Shown: in pieces, positions 21,749-31,429 of the stretch
Position numbering within the stretch: the stretch's first letter is position 1
Layout: every line of letters begins with the position of its first letter
Source of the DNA: Alphaproteobacteria bacterium
GTDB lineage: Bacteria; Pseudomonadota; Alphaproteobacteria; Bin95
NCBI GenBank assembly: GCA_026706245.1
Contig: JAPOZD010000030.1
Coordinates: 1 to 36,703 of the forward strand
Direction of reading: 5' to 3'
Length of the DNA: 36,703 nt
The notes under the pieces: model-generated
The model's input: only the letters and a program-made list of their open reading frames with translations
Databases searched by the model: none
What the model was told of the DNA's origin: nothing
Program-made: the position numbers and the translations under genes

Positions 21749-22417
21749 TCAATCCGGATCGGCTGTTTCCGCCGCCTCGCCACCCGTCTCTTCCGCCTCG
21801 GCCGTTTCCGGCGCCTTCGCGACGCCGACCATTGCGGGCCTCAGCAGGCGGTCGTGGAGGAGGTAGCCGTCCTGGATGACCTGGACGACCGTGCCGGGCT
21901 CGGCGTCCGCGGTCTCCACCTCGAACATCGCCTGGTGGCGGTTGTGGTCGAAGCGTTCGCCCTCCGCCTCGATGCGCGCGATATGATGGCGGGCGAAGGC
22001 CTGCGCAAACTCGCGCTCCACCATCCCGACCCCCTCCAGCAGCCCGTCGCCGCCGCCGCTCTCCAGCGCCCGGCGCAGATTGTCGGCGACGCCCAGCAGG
22101 TCGCGCGCCAGCCCTGTGGCGCCGTAGCGCGACGCCTCCTGGCGCTCGCGCTCGCTCCGCCGGCGCATGTTCTCGACCTCGGCGAGCGCGCGCAGCCGCT
22201 CGTCCCTGAGCGCCTGCGCTTCTGCCTCGAGCTCGGCGATGCGCGCCGCCTGCTCGGCGAGCGGGTCGAACTCCTCCGCGCCCGCGTCCTTCGGTTCCGC
22301 ATCCGCCGAATCCGGTGCGGACGCTTCCTCCGCGGCCGGCGCTTCGTCGTTCGCCGCAGCCTCCGCCTCCGGCGGGGCCTCCTCTTCCGTTTCCGGCTTG
22401 CGCTTCCCGTCCATCAT
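21749..22417 (-). CDS. grpE: Nucleotide exchange factor GrpE
   Basis: Motifs 'LRALAEVENMRRR', 'DLL.VADNL.RAL', 'FDHNRHQAM' and 'GYLLHDRLLRPAMVGVAK'. ATGA overlap with hrcA. Confidence 0.97.
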   Translation of the reverse strand: MMDGKRKPETEEEAPPEAEAAANDEAPAAEEASAPDSADAEPKDAGAEEFDPLAEQAARIAELEAEAQALRDERLRALAEVENMRRRSERERQEASRYGATGLARDLLGVADNLRRALESGGGDGLLEGVGMVEREFAQAFARHHIARIEAEGERFDHNRHQAMFEVETADAEPGTVVQVIQDGYLLHDRLLRPAMVGVAKAPETAEAEETGGEAAETADPD

Positions 22418-23490
22418 TCGTCCCACCCTCTCTCGGGAGCCAGCATGCGTTCGATCACCCGCGCCGTATAGTCCACCATCGGCACGATGCGGGCATAATT
22501 CAGGCGCGTCGGCCCGAGCACGCCGATGGCGCCCACAACGCGCTCCTGCCCGTCGCGATAGGGGCTGACCACCATCGACATGCCTGTCTGGCGGAAGACC
22601 GTGTTCTCCGCCCCGATGAAAATCTGCACCCCTTCGCCCGTCTGGGCCGCCTCCACCAGGCGCAGTATGTTCTCGCGCGTCTCAAGCGCATCGAACAGGC
22701 CGCGCAGCCGCTCAAGGTCCTCGACCGCATGCACGTCGTCCAGCAGGCGCGCCCGGCCGGTCACGATCAGCCGTCCGCCGTCCTGGCTGCGCTCCCCGGC
22801 CCAGACGGCAAGCCCGGCTTCGACGACGCCCTGAGCCAGCTCGTCGATCTCGGCGCGGTGGTTCTCCAGCTCCGCGCGGATTTCCAGCAGCGCCTCCTCC
22901 AGCGTGCGCCCGGAGAGCCGGGACTGGAGATAGTTGGCGGCGCGCTGCAGCGCATCCGCGGGCAGGCCGGGCGGCAGGGCGAGCACCCGGTTCTCCACCT
23001 GGCCGGCCTCGTCCACCAGCACGGCCAGCGCGCGTCCCTCGCCCAGATTGACGAACTCGATATGGTTCAGCCGCTCGGCCCGTTTCGGCGCCACCACCAG
23101 GCCGGCATGGCGCGTAAGGCCCGCCAGCAGGCGACTCGCCCGCTCGAGGCTCTGCTCCAGCGTGGTGCCCGCCCCGGCCGAAAGCGCCTCGATATCGGCG
23201 CACTCGCTCTCGGTGAGTCCGCCCGTCTGCATGATGCCGTCCACGAAGAGGCGCAGGCCGCCATCGGTCGGCAGCCGCCCGGCGGAGGCATGGGGCGAGA
23301 ACAGGAGGCCCAGCTCCTGGAGGTCCGCCATCACGTTGCGGATCGTGGCCGGCGAGAGCGGCCGGCCGAGCTTGCGCGCGAGCGTGCGCGAGCCGACCGG
23401 TTCGCCCGTCTCCATCCAGGCATCCACGATCAGCCCGAAGACCTCGCGCGAGCGCGCATCGAGATCGGCAAGTCCCGGCGAGCCGGCCAT
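22414..23490 (-). CDS. hrcA: Heat-inducible transcriptional repressor HrcA
   Basis: Motifs '[10 protein letters not shown]', '[12 protein letters not shown]', '[10 protein letters not shown]', 'IFIGAEN' and '[10 protein letters not shown]'. Confidence 0.97.
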   Translation of the reverse strand: MAGSPGLADLDARSREVFGLIVDAWMETGEPVGSRTLARKLGRPLSPATIRNVMADLQELGLLFSPHASAGRLPTDGGLRLFVDGIMQTGGLTESECADIEALSAGAGTTLEQSLERASRLLAGLTRHAGLVVAPKRAERLNHIEFVNLGEGRALAVLVDEAGQVENRVLALPPGLPADALQRAANYLQSRLSGRTLEEALLEIRAELENHRAEIDELAQGVVEAGLAVWAGERSQDGGRLIVTGRARLLDDVHAVEDLERLRGLFDALETRENILRLVEAAQTGEGVQIFIGAENTVFRQTGMSMVVSPYRDGQERVVGAIGVLGPTRLNYARIVPMVDYTARVIERMLAPERGWDE

Positions 23491-23523
23491 GCGACAAAGA
23501 CTCTTCCAAGCGGTGCCCGGAGG

Positions 23524-23552
23524 ATTTAGGAACCCGCCGGGCAGGCGTCAAC
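23524..23552 (-). promoter_or_regulatory. Candidate RpoH (sigma32)-type promoter for hrcA-grpE
   Basis: Minus strand GTTGAC-N16-CCTAAAT, close to the alphaproteobacterial RpoH pattern CTTGAA-N15/16-CCTATAT. Confidence 0.45.
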
Positions 23553-23587
23553 CGGGCGCCCGGCTCCAGGAGGCGAGCAACGATCCC

Positions 23588-24316
23588 ATGACCGAACCCG
23601 TCCGTCCCTCGGGACGCCGCCCCGACGAACTCCGCGCCGTCCTGCTGGAGCCCGGCTGGGCGCCCTATGCGGAAGGCTCCTGCCTCGCAAGCTTCGGGGC
23701 GACGCGCGTGCTGGCCGCGGCCTCGGTGGAAACCCGCGTGCCGCCCTGGCTGCGCGGGCGCGGGCGCGGCTGGATCACGGCCGAATACGGCATGCTGCCG
23801 CGCTCGACGCATGAGCGCACGGACCGCGAGGCGGCGCGCGGCCGCCAGAGCGGCCGCACGCAGGAAATCCAGCGCCTTATCGGCCGTTCGCTGCGCGCCG
23901 TTGCCGACCTGCAAGCGCTCGGCGAAATCCAGATCCGCATCGACTGCGATGTGCTGCAGGCGGACGGCGGCACCCGCACCGCGGCCGTCACCGGCGGCTA
24001 TGTGGCGCTCGCGCTCGCCTGCCGGCACCTGCAGCGGATCGGCGCGGTGAAGAAGCCGGTGCTGACTGACTCGGTCGCCGCCGTCTCCTGCGGGCTCTGG
24101 CAGGGCACGCCGGTGCTCGACCTCGACTATGCCGAAGACAGCGCGGCGGAGGCGGACGCGAATTTCGTGCTGACCGGCCCGGGCGCGCTGGTCGAAGTGC
24201 AGGCGACGGCCGAGAAGATGGCTTTTCCGCGCGATCGGCTCGACGCCCTGCTGGATCTGGCGGAGGCCGGCTGCGCCCGGCTCGCGGAGGCGCAGCGCCG
24301 CGCGCTCGGGCCGTGA
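23588..24316 (+). CDS. rph: Ribonuclease PH
   Basis: Motifs '[11 protein letters not shown]', '[14 protein letters not shown]', '[17 protein letters not shown]', '[12 protein letters not shown]' and 'LDLDYAEDS'. Confidence 0.98.
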   Translation: MTEPVRPSGRRPDELRAVLLEPGWAPYAEGSCLASFGATRVLAAASVETRVPPWLRGRGRGWITAEYGMLPRSTHERTDREAARGRQSGRTQEIQRLIGRSLRAVADLQALGEIQIRIDCDVLQADGGTRTAAVTGGYVALALACRHLQRIGAVKKPVLTDSVAAVSCGLWQGTPVLDLDYAEDSAAEADANFVLTGPGALVEVQATAEKMAFPRDRLDALLDLAEAGCARLAEAQRRALGP

Positions 24317-24903
24317 CCCGGCGGCTCGACGGCAAGCGGCTCGTCATCGCCAGCCATAATGCCGGCAAGGTTCGGGAGATTGCGGACCTGCTGGCGCCTT
24401 TCGGCATCGAAGGCGTGGCGGCTTCCGCGCTCGGCCTGCCGGAGCCGGAGGAGACGGGCGCGACCTTCCTCGCCAATGCCGAACTCAAGGCCCGCGCTGC
24501 CGCGGCTGCCGGCCTGCCGGCGCTCGCCGACGATTCGGGCCTCGCCGTTACGGCGCTCGGCGGCGCGCCCGGCATCTACTCGGCCCGCTGGGCCGGCCCC
24601 GACCGTGACTTCGCGCACGCCATGGCGGAAGTCCATTACCGGCTCCGCGATCGGCCGCGGGAAGCTGCTTTCGTCGCCGCGCTCGCGCTCGCCTGGCCGG
24701 ACGGGCATGTCGTGTGCTTCGAAGGCCGCGTGGAGGGCCGGCTGGCCTGGCCGCCGCGCGGGGACCGGGGCTTCGGCTACGACCCGGTCTTCGTGCCGCA
24801 CGGCCATTGCGAGACCTTCGGCGAGATGGACCCGGAGGCGAAGGCGCGCATAACCCACCGCGCGCGGGCCTTCGAGAAATTGGCGGCAGCCTGTTTCCCA
24901 TGA
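24313..24903 (+). CDS. rdgB: dITP/XTP pyrophosphatase (Ham1 family)
   Basis: Motifs '[10 protein letters not shown]', '[11 protein letters not shown]', 'LADDSGL', 'PGIYSARW', 'GFGYDPVF' and 'HRARA'. Confidence 0.96.
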   Translation: MTRRLDGKRLVIASHNAGKVREIADLLAPFGIEGVAASALGLPEPEETGATFLANAELKARAAAAAGLPALADDSGLAVTALGGAPGIYSARWAGPDRDFAHAMAEVHYRLRDRPREAAFVAALALAWPDGHVVCFEGRVEGRLAWPPRGDRGFGYDPVFVPHGHCETFGEMDPEAKARITHRARAFEKLAAACFP

Positions 24904-26030
24904 TGGACCGGGGCTTCGCCGTCTATGTGCATTGGCCGTTCTGCGAGTCCAAATGCCCCTATTGCGATTTCAACAGCCATGTGCGCGAACGGGTGGACCA
25001 GTCTGTCTGGCGCGAGGCCCTTCTGCACTCGCTTGAAAGCTGGGCCGGGGAGACCCCCGGGCGTACGGTCGGCAGCGTCTTTTTCGGCGGCGGCACCCCT
25101 TCGCTGATGGACCCGGAGACCGCCGGCGCGGTGCTGGAGCGGGTGCGGGCGCTCTGGCAGGTTGCGGACGGTCTTGAAGTCACGCTGGAGGCCAATCCGG
25201 GCTCGGTCGAGGCCGGCCGCTTCCATGCCTTCGCCGAGGCGGGCGTCAACCGGCTTTCGCTCGGCGTGCAGTCCTTCCGGGACGGTGAGCTGGCCTTTCT
25301 CGGCCGCCGCCATGACGCCCGCGCCGCCCGCACCGCGCTCGAACTGGCGCACCGCACTTTCCCGCGCGTCTCCTTCGACCTGATCTATGCGCTGCCCGGC
25401 CACACGGCGGCGGAATGGGCCGCCCGCCTTGACGAGGCGCTCGGGCTCGCGGGCGAGCATCTCTCGCTCTACCAGCTCACCATCGAGCCCGGAACGGCCT
25501 TCGCGCCGCGCGCCGCGCGCGGCGATTTCGTGCTGCCGGAAGAGGACGAGGCGGCCGCGCTCTACGAGACCACGCAGGACCGCCTGGCGGCCGCCGGCCT
25601 GCCGGCCTACGAGATATCGAACCACGCCCGGCCGGGCGCGGCCTGCCGGCACAACCTGACCTACTGGCGGGGCGGGGAGTGGGTCGGCGTCGGGCCCGGC
25701 GCGCACGGCCGCATCGATACGGAAGAAGGCCGCATCGCCACCGCCGAGCGCCGCGCCCCGGAGGCATGGCTGGCCGAGACCGGCTACCGGGGCCGGGCCG
25801 TCGGAGAACGCCGCCTGCTCGAACCGCTCGAAGCGATGCAGGAGCGCATTCAGACCGGCTTCCGGCTGGCGGAAGGCATTCCGGCAGCCGGGCTTGCGCC
25901 GGCCATCGACGCGGACCGGCTTGCGCATCTGCGGGCCGAGGGGCTGCTCTCGGCGCGGACGGACCGCCTCCAGGCGACCCCTGCCGGACGGCAGCGGCTC
26001 GACGCGGTGGTTCGCTACCTGCTCATCTGA
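24900..26030 (+). CDS. hemW: Radical SAM heme chaperone HemW
   Basis: Motifs '[18 protein letters not shown]', 'FFGGGTPS', 'YEISNHA', HemW-type 'HNLTYW' and 'GVGPGAHG'. Confidence 0.95.
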   Translation: MMDRGFAVYVHWPFCESKCPYCDFNSHVRERVDQSVWREALLHSLESWAGETPGRTVGSVFFGGGTPSLMDPETAGAVLERVRALWQVADGLEVTLEANPGSVEAGRFHAFAEAGVNRLSLGVQSFRDGELAFLGRRHDARAARTALELAHRTFPRVSFDLIYALPGHTAAEWAARLDEALGLAGEHLSLYQLTIEPGTAFAPRAARGDFVLPEEDEAAALYETTQDRLAAAGLPAYEISNHARPGAACRHNLTYWRGGEWVGVGPGAHGRIDTEEGRIATAERRAPEAWLAETGYRGRAVGERRLLEPLEAMQERIQTGFRLAEGIPAAGLAPAIDADRLAHLRAEGLLSARTDRLQATPAGRQRLDAVVRYLLI

Positions 26031-26469
26031 GATGGGCGTCGAGCATCCAGGCCGTCTTGTCGTGCTCCGTCATGCGCCCGATCATCATGTCCACCGTCAC
26101 CTCATCGCCTGCCTCCTCGGCGGTTTTCAGCAAGGCGCCCGCCTCTCCGGAAAGCCTCCGGTGGTCTTCGGCAAGCGCGGCGACCATCTCCTCGGCGGAA
26201 GGCGGGGCTGCGGGCGCATCGCCGACGGGGCTAAGCGCCGCAAACGCCCCGAGCCCGCCCGGCGCATGGTCGCCAAGCGCGCGGATCCGCTCCGCCAGCG
26301 TGTCCGATGCTTCCTGCAGCGCGCCGTACTGCCCCTCGAACAGGCCGTGCAGGGCGGCGAAATGCGGCCCCTCGACATTCCAGTGGAAGTTCTGCGTCTT
26401 GACCGCGAGCGCGGCGGTGCCGGCGAGCACGCGGGCCAGTCCGGCAGTTACAGGGGTGTTGCGGGCCAT
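26023..26469 (-). CDS. dps: Dps family DNA-protecting mini-ferritin
   Basis: 'NFHWNVEGPHF..LH.LFE.QY', 'DTLAERIRALG' and 'HDKTAWML'. GGAGG RBS favours ATG 26469. Confidence 0.94.
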   Translation of the reverse strand: MARNTPVTAGLARVLAGTAALAVKTQNFHWNVEGPHFAALHGLFEGQYGALQEASDTLAERIRALGDHAPGGLGAFAALSPVGDAPAAPPSAEEMVAALAEDHRRLSGEAGALLKTAEEAGDEVTVDMMIGRMTEHDKTAWMLDAHLR

Positions 26470-26483
26470 CGCCGCCTCCATTG

Positions 26484-26526
26484 TTTGGAATGATTCCAAT
26501 TTAGGATGCGGATAGCCGGATTCAAG
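26484..26526 (-). promoter_or_regulatory. Irr-type iron control element (ICE) adjoining a candidate RpoH-type promoter of dps
   Basis: TTTGGAATGATTCCAAT (26484-26500) matches 16/17 positions of TTTRGAAYNRTTCYAAA. Minus strand CTTGAA-N15-CCTAAAT spans 26526-26499. Confidence 0.7.
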
Positions 26527-26535
26527 GTGTCGCCC

Positions 26536-27963
26536 TTAGGCAAAGCGCATCAGGAAACGGACAAGGCGGCGGGTCCGTGGGCCGAACAGCGTATCGGTGT
26601 AGTAGCTGCCGGCGGCGCGTTTCGACACCTCGCCGAGCGTCGGATAGGGTGCGATCATGCCCGCCAGCGCCCCGATGCGGAGCTTCTGGGAGACCGCCAG
26701 CACCCATGGCTGGATGAGCTCGCCCGCATGGGGGCCGACAATGGTGGCGCCGAGCACTCGGCCGCCCGGCGCGACCATTGCCTTGACGAAGCCCTCCGTG
26801 TCGCGCTCCGCCCGGGCGCGGTCGTTTTCGGCGAAGTCGTGGCGCAGCACGCGCGCCTTCTTCCCGAAGCCGTCCTTCGCCACCGCCTCGGTCATGCCGA
26901 CATGGGCAAGCTCGGGGTCGGTATAGGTGACCCATGGCGCGGCGGTCGTGTCCGCCCTGGCCGGCAGGCGGAAGAGCGCATTGCGGATCGCGATGCCGGC
27001 ATGATAGCCGGCCACATGCGTGAAACGCAGCCCGCCGGCCACATCGCCGACCGCGAGCACGCGCTTGTCCGAAGCGCGCAGCCGGCCGTCCACCGTCACG
27101 CCCTCGGGCGTCCAGGCGATGCCGCCGGCGTCGAGGTCGAGGCCCTCCAGGTCCGGCTGGCGGCCGGCCGCAACCAGCAGGTGGCTGCCCTCGACCGTCT
27201 CCGGCCGGCCGGCCGCCTCGAAATGCAGGGTTATGGCCCCGGATCCGCCCGACGCCTCGCTCACCTCCGCATGTTCATGAAGCCGCACGCCTTCCGCGAC
27301 GAGGCGCGCGCGGATGAGCGCGGCGGCGTCCCCGTCGTCGCGCGGCAGGATCGGCCCGTGCTGCACGACCGTCACCGCTGCGCCGAGCCGGCGGTGCGCC
27401 TGGGCGAGCTCGATGCCGACCGGGCCGCCGCCCAGCACCAGCAGATGCGCCGGCGTCTCCTCAAGGTCGAAGATCGTCTCATTGGTGAGGAAGGCCACCC
27501 GGTCGAGGCCGGGAACGGGCGGCACCACCGGCCTGGAGCCCGTCGCCAGCACGATCCAGCGCGCCCGAGCGCGAACGCCGCCGCCTTCGAGCAGCCGCCT
27601 GCCGACGAAGCGGGCCGGCGCCTCGATCACGCGCACGCCAAGCCCTTCGAAGCGCTCGACGCTGTCATGCGGCGCGATGGCGGCGATGACCCCCTGCACA
27701 TGGCGGCGGAGCGCCGCCGGATCGACCTTCGGCGTCTCTGGCGCGATGCCGAAGCGGCCCGCATTGCGCAGCGCCGAGGCGGCATGGGCGGCGGCAATGG
27801 TGGCCTTGGACGGCACGCAACCGTAGTTCAGGCAGTCGCCTCCCATGCGGCCTTTCTCGAACAGCAGCACCGAGGCGCCCATCTGCGCCGCGCCTGCGGC
27901 CACGGAGAGCCCGCCGGAGCCGCCGCCGACCACCGCGATATCGACCCGGACCGTTTCCGTCAT
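26536..27963 (-). CDS. Class-I pyridine nucleotide-disulfide oxidoreductase (MerA/lipoamide dehydrogenase-like)
   Basis: 'VVGGGSGG', redox pair 'GGDCLNYGCVPSK', 'GGGPVGIE', 'YTDPELA' and 'PYPTLGE'. Lacks the C-terminal CC of MerA. Confidence 0.9.
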   Translation of the reverse strand: MTETVRVDIAVVGGGSGGLSVAAGAAQMGASVLLFEKGRMGGDCLNYGCVPSKATIAAAHAASALRNAGRFGIAPETPKVDPAALRRHVQGVIAAIAPHDSVERFEGLGVRVIEAPARFVGRRLLEGGGVRARARWIVLATGSRPVVPPVPGLDRVAFLTNETIFDLEETPAHLLVLGGGPVGIELAQAHRRLGAAVTVVQHGPILPRDDGDAAALIRARLVAEGVRLHEHAEVSEASGGSGAITLHFEAAGRPETVEGSHLLVAAGRQPDLEGLDLDAGGIAWTPEGVTVDGRLRASDKRVLAVGDVAGGLRFTHVAGYHAGIAIRNALFRLPARADTTAAPWVTYTDPELAHVGMTEAVAKDGFGKKARVLRHDFAENDRARAERDTEGFVKAMVAPGGRVLGATIVGPHAGELIQPWVLAVSQKLRIGALAGMIAPYPTLGEVSKRAAGSYYTDTLFGPRTRRLVRFLMRFA

Positions 27964-28091
27964 CCGCCCGTCTCCCTGCCGCTCGGTATGCCGGACCGTT
28001 TCATGCTTGTCTTCCTTTCGGCAAGCCCGGATACTTTATGTGGGTACTCTAAGTCCTTTCTTCGCCCCGGAGCCACGCCGGAGGGCGTTCC

Positions 28092-30557
28092 ATGAACGCC
28101 TCGTCCCTCGAAGAAACGGTCCGGCGCGCTGGTGAATTGCTCGCCGCCGGCGACCATGAACAGGCGGCACCGCTCTATGAGCGGATGCTGGAGGCCGAAG
28201 ACGGCCGCGCCGAGGGCCATCTGGGGCTGGCGCGAACGCATTTCGGGCAGGGCCGCCCCGATGAGGCCGCCCGGCATTTGCGTTCGGCGGCGGACTTGCG
28301 GCCGGGCGACGCGGAAATCCAGGGAGAGCTCGCGCTGGTACTGCGCCGGCTGGGCCTCACTGGCGAGGCGTCGGTCGCGGCGGCCCGCGCCGCGCAGCTC
28401 GCGCCGCAGGAGATCGACTTCCACTGGCTGAACGGCGCCCTGCTGCTCATGAACGGGCGCTACGCCGAAGGCTGGGCCGCATGGGGGCAGGCCCGGGTGC
28501 TGGAGGACGCCACCGCCGATACCAGCCGCTATCGGCCGCCGCGCTGGGACGGCCGGCGGCTCGACGGCGAAACCCTGCTGCTGGATGCGGGCGGCAATGA
28601 CATCGATGCCGTGCAGTTTTGCCGCTACCTGCCTGCCGTGCGGACCCGCGGAGCGCTTCCGGCCATTGCCTGCAGCGAATCGGCGGCGGAGCTGCTTTCC
28701 GGCCTGCCGGGCCTGCTCTGGCTCGCCGCCCCCGGCGAAAACCGTCCGCCCTACGACCTTACGGTCAGTTTCGACGACCTGCCGCGCCTGTTCGAGACGA
28801 CGCCGGCCACCGTTCCGCCGCCCGCCGGCATCGAGGTCAATCCGCGGCAGCGGCGATACTGGCAGGAGACGCTGGCCGGCGCGCCTTCGCCGCGCGTGGC
28901 GGTCGCCTGGACCGGGGCGGAGGCCTGGCCGGAAGGGCTGCTCGAAATCGCCGGCGCCCGCTTCTACACCTTCCTCGAGCCCGTGCCCGGCATGACGCCG
29001 CTTTCCGGGGAGCCGTTCGCGCTGGATGCCGCCGCCGCGATGCTCGAAGAGTTCGAGATGGTGGTAAGCGACGACAACCCGATCGGCCACCTCGCGGGCA
29101 CGCTCGGCCGGCCCTGCTGGATGATGCTCGACATCGCGCCCGACTGGCGCTGGCTCCAGGCCCGGCGCGATACGCCGTGGTATCCGTCCATGCGGCTGGT
29201 GCGGCAGGAACGCGCGGGCGACTGGAGCGCGCCGCTTGCCATCGTGCGGCGCGAAATCGAGCGCGGACTCGCCAGGCATGCGGACCGGCTCGCCGCCGCC
29301 GAGGCCGCGCTGGCCGACGGGCAGGTGCGGCGCGCGGCGGCGCTGCTCGGCGCGGGCGGCCATTCCTGGCGCGGAGATGCGCGGATGCACCGCCTGCTCG
29401 GCGACCTCGCCCTGGCGCAGGGCCGCCTGGACGATTCCGCGCGCGCGCTTCACCGCGCCGTGGCCGCCGCGCCGGGCGACGCCGCGGTCCACGGCGCCTT
29501 CGCCGGCGTGCTGGCGCAGCTCGGCGCTCACCGCGACCGCGAGCGGATGGCGGCCCGCGCCGTGGCGCTGGATCCCTCCGCCCCGGAACCGCGCCTCCTC
29601 CACGCCGATGCGCTGGAAGCGCTCGGCCGGTCCGACGAGGCGCTTGCCGTCTATACCGACGCCCACGACCTTGCGCCGAAGGACCGCGCCACCGCCGCCG
29701 CGCTGTCCTCGGCGCTGCTGAGGCGCGGCAATTTCGACGCGGGACTGCCGCTGCTACCGACGGGCCCGTTGCCGCCGGCAGGGCTCCAGGCTACCGCGGG
29801 CGCGGACGTCATCATCGATGCGGTCAATGACGACATCGAGGCGGTCTGGCTGCTGCGCTATGCGCCGCTGCTGGACTCGGCCGAGCGCGTGCTGGCGGCG
29901 GTGCGGCCGGGGCTCCAGCGCCTGGTCACGGGCCAGTCCGGTGTGGATGGTGTGCTCGTCGCCGGACAGGCCCGGCCGCAGGGCGCGCTGACGCTCCCGG
30001 CCGCAGCGCTGCCGCGGCTGTTCGGCACGACGCTCGAGACGATCCCGGCCGATATTCCCTATTTTCGGGCAAACGAGATGCTGGCCCGGCACTGGCGGTC
30101 GCGCTTCGCGCGCCCGGCCCGGCTGCGGGTGGGCATCGCCTGGGGCGCGCGTCCGCTGCTGGAGGCGATGGCGCCGCTCTTCGACATCGAGGGCGCGGCC
30201 TTTTTCAGCCTAGAGACCGAGTCCGGCTCCCGGACGCTGGCCGCGCTCCGCAGCCGGGCCGGCATCACGGACATTTCGACCCGGATCACCGATGCGGCCG
30301 AACTGGCCGCGGCGATCTCCGCCCTCGACATGGTTGTCGGCCCGGACGGCCCGGCGGTGCATGTCGCCGGCGCGCTCGGCGTGCCGGCGGCCGTGCTGCT
30401 CACCCGCCCGGCGCACTGGCGCTGGCTTTCCGACCGGAACGACAGCCCCTGGTATCCCCTGTCCCGTCTGTTTCGCCAGCGGCGTCTGGACGATTGGACC
30501 GACCCCGTCGCGGAGTTCGCCATCGTGCTCAAGCAGGCCGTGTTCGATGCCGACTGA
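28092..30557 (+). CDS. TPR + glycosyltransferase (GT9-like) protein with the whole module duplicated
   Basis: Two TPR-like helical tracts. Each is followed by 'D...F/L.RY.P', 'LPRLF.TT..T.P', 'RV.(V/I)AW', 'HLAG.LG.P' and 'WRWL..R.D(T/S)PWYP..RL.RQ....DW..P'. Confidence 0.8.
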   Translation: MNASSLEETVRRAGELLAAGDHEQAAPLYERMLEAEDGRAEGHLGLARTHFGQGRPDEAARHLRSAADLRPGDAEIQGELALVLRRLGLTGEASVAAARAAQLAPQEIDFHWLNGALLLMNGRYAEGWAAWGQARVLEDATADTSRYRPPRWDGRRLDGETLLLDAGGNDIDAVQFCRYLPAVRTRGALPAIACSESAAELLSGLPGLLWLAAPGENRPPYDLTVSFDDLPRLFETTPATVPPPAGIEVNPRQRRYWQETLAGAPSPRVAVAWTGAEAWPEGLLEIAGARFYTFLEPVPGMTPLSGEPFALDAAAAMLEEFEMVVSDDNPIGHLAGTLGRPCWMMLDIAPDWRWLQARRDTPWYPSMRLVRQERAGDWSAPLAIVRREIERGLARHADRLAAAEAALADGQVRRAAALLGAGGHSWRGDARMHRLLGDLALAQGRLDDSARALHRAVAAAPGDAAVHGAFAGVLAQLGAHRDRERMAARAVALDPSAPEPRLLHADALEALGRSDEALAVYTDAHDLAPKDRATAAALSSALLRRGNFDAGLPLLPTGPLPPAGLQATAGADVIIDAVNDDIEAVWLLRYAPLLDSAERVLAAVRPGLQRLVTGQSGVDGVLVAGQARPQGALTLPAAALPRLFGTTLETIPADIPYFRANEMLARHWRSRFARPARLRVGIAWGARPLLEAMAPLFDIEGAAFFSLETESGSRTLAALRSRAGITDISTRITDAAELAAAISALDMVVGPDGPAVHVAGALGVPAAVLLTRPAHWRWLSDRNDSPWYPLSRLFRQRRLDDWTDPVAEFAIVLKQAVFDAD

Positions 30558-30603
30558 GACGCGGACCCTCGATTGCCGCGCCCGGTCCGGGCTATATTGC
30601 GGC

Positions 30604-30679
30604 GGGCCCGTAGTTCAGCGGTTAGAACCCGCCGCTCATAACGGCGTTGTCGCAGGTTCGAATCCTGCCGGGCCCACCA
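30604..30679 (+). tRNA. tRNA with CAT anticodon, most likely tRNA-Ile2 (lysidine-modified)
   Basis: 76-nt cloverleaf: GGGCCCG/CGGGCCC acceptor stem, CTCATAA anticodon loop, GGTTCGAATCC T-arm and encoded CCA. Paired G1-C72 and no GGG/CCC anticodon stem argue against fMet. Confidence 0.93.
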
Positions 30680-30704
30680 GCCGCCCGCTCATCGACCCGG
30701 CCGC

Positions 30705-31187
30705 GTGAGCGCCGTCCGCCTCTACCGGGCGCGCGCCGACGACCGCTCGCTCGCTTGGACCGTCGATGCCTGGCGGCGGCTCGGCCTCGGCCCCGGCACG
30801 GCGCTGTTCACCACCGCGCAGGGTGTGCGGGTCGCCCCGTTCGAGGCCGGCCCGCCGATGGTCGGGGCTGCCTTCGACGCGCGCATGATGTCCGAACGGG
30901 CGGAGCTGCGCTGGCTCGCCGCCGGACGCCGGGAGGGCCTGCGCATCGGCCCGGCGGTGCTGGTCGGCGAGGTCGCGACCCCGCTCATCGAGGGGTTCGC
31001 GCGCCTTGACCCGCACGACGCCCATCCGCGCGAGGTCGGCTACACGGTTCAGGCGCTCCTCGAAAGCGCGGGCCGCCCGGTTTCCGTCGCGCTCCGCCTT
31101 GTCGAATATGTCGATTCCGCCGACCCCGACCATCCCGGCCGCGTGGACGAACGCCTCGCCGCCGCCGTGGTCCTGCCGGACCCGTAG
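30705..31187 (+). CDS. Hypothetical protein resembling type III-D CRISPR accessory Csx19 (TIGR03984-like)
   Basis: 'AFDARMMSERAELRWL', 'G.AVLVGE' and 'LRLVEYVD...D..GRVDERL' follow the order of motifs I recall for Csx19 (FEAR.F....ELRW; L...EY...D..G......ERL). Recognised from memory, not from a search. Confidence 0.55.
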   Translation: MSAVRLYRARADDRSLAWTVDAWRRLGLGPGTALFTTAQGVRVAPFEAGPPMVGAAFDARMMSERAELRWLAAGRREGLRIGPAVLVGEVATPLIEGFARLDPHDAHPREVGYTVQALLESAGRPVSVALRLVEYVDSADPDHPGRVDERLAAAVVLPDP

Positions 31188-31429
31188 CTCCGGCGGCCGT
31201 CGATCGGAACCGAGGGCGAGGGCCGGACAACCGATGCGCCCGCCATGCTGCGCGGCCGGAGGACAGACGGCGACCCGAAGGTCCCGGCCGTCGCGCCGGG
31301 ATGCGCGATAATCCGCGTGTCACCGCCGGTTCCGGCGCGCGGTCACTGCGCTCCCCCCGCATTTGACTTCTCCCGGCGCCGGCTCGACACTCGCCGGGTT
31401 CCTGCCCCGGAAAGCCCAGGGAGACGCCG

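Noticed and set aside
26536-27963. Possible mercuric reductase MerA
   Set aside because: No C-terminal Cys-Cys pair, no NmerA domain and no mer genes nearby.
30604-30679. tRNA as the attachment site of the integrase element
   Set aside because: No duplicated tRNA 3' end was seen, and the element junction lies 2.3 kb away inside the isochorismatase gene.
31188-31429. Possible mini CRISPR array or ncRNA after the Csx19-like gene
   Set aside because: Only short GC-rich matches (e.g. CGGCCGTCG twice), with no 25-40-bp repeats at regular spacing and no recognisable RNA family.
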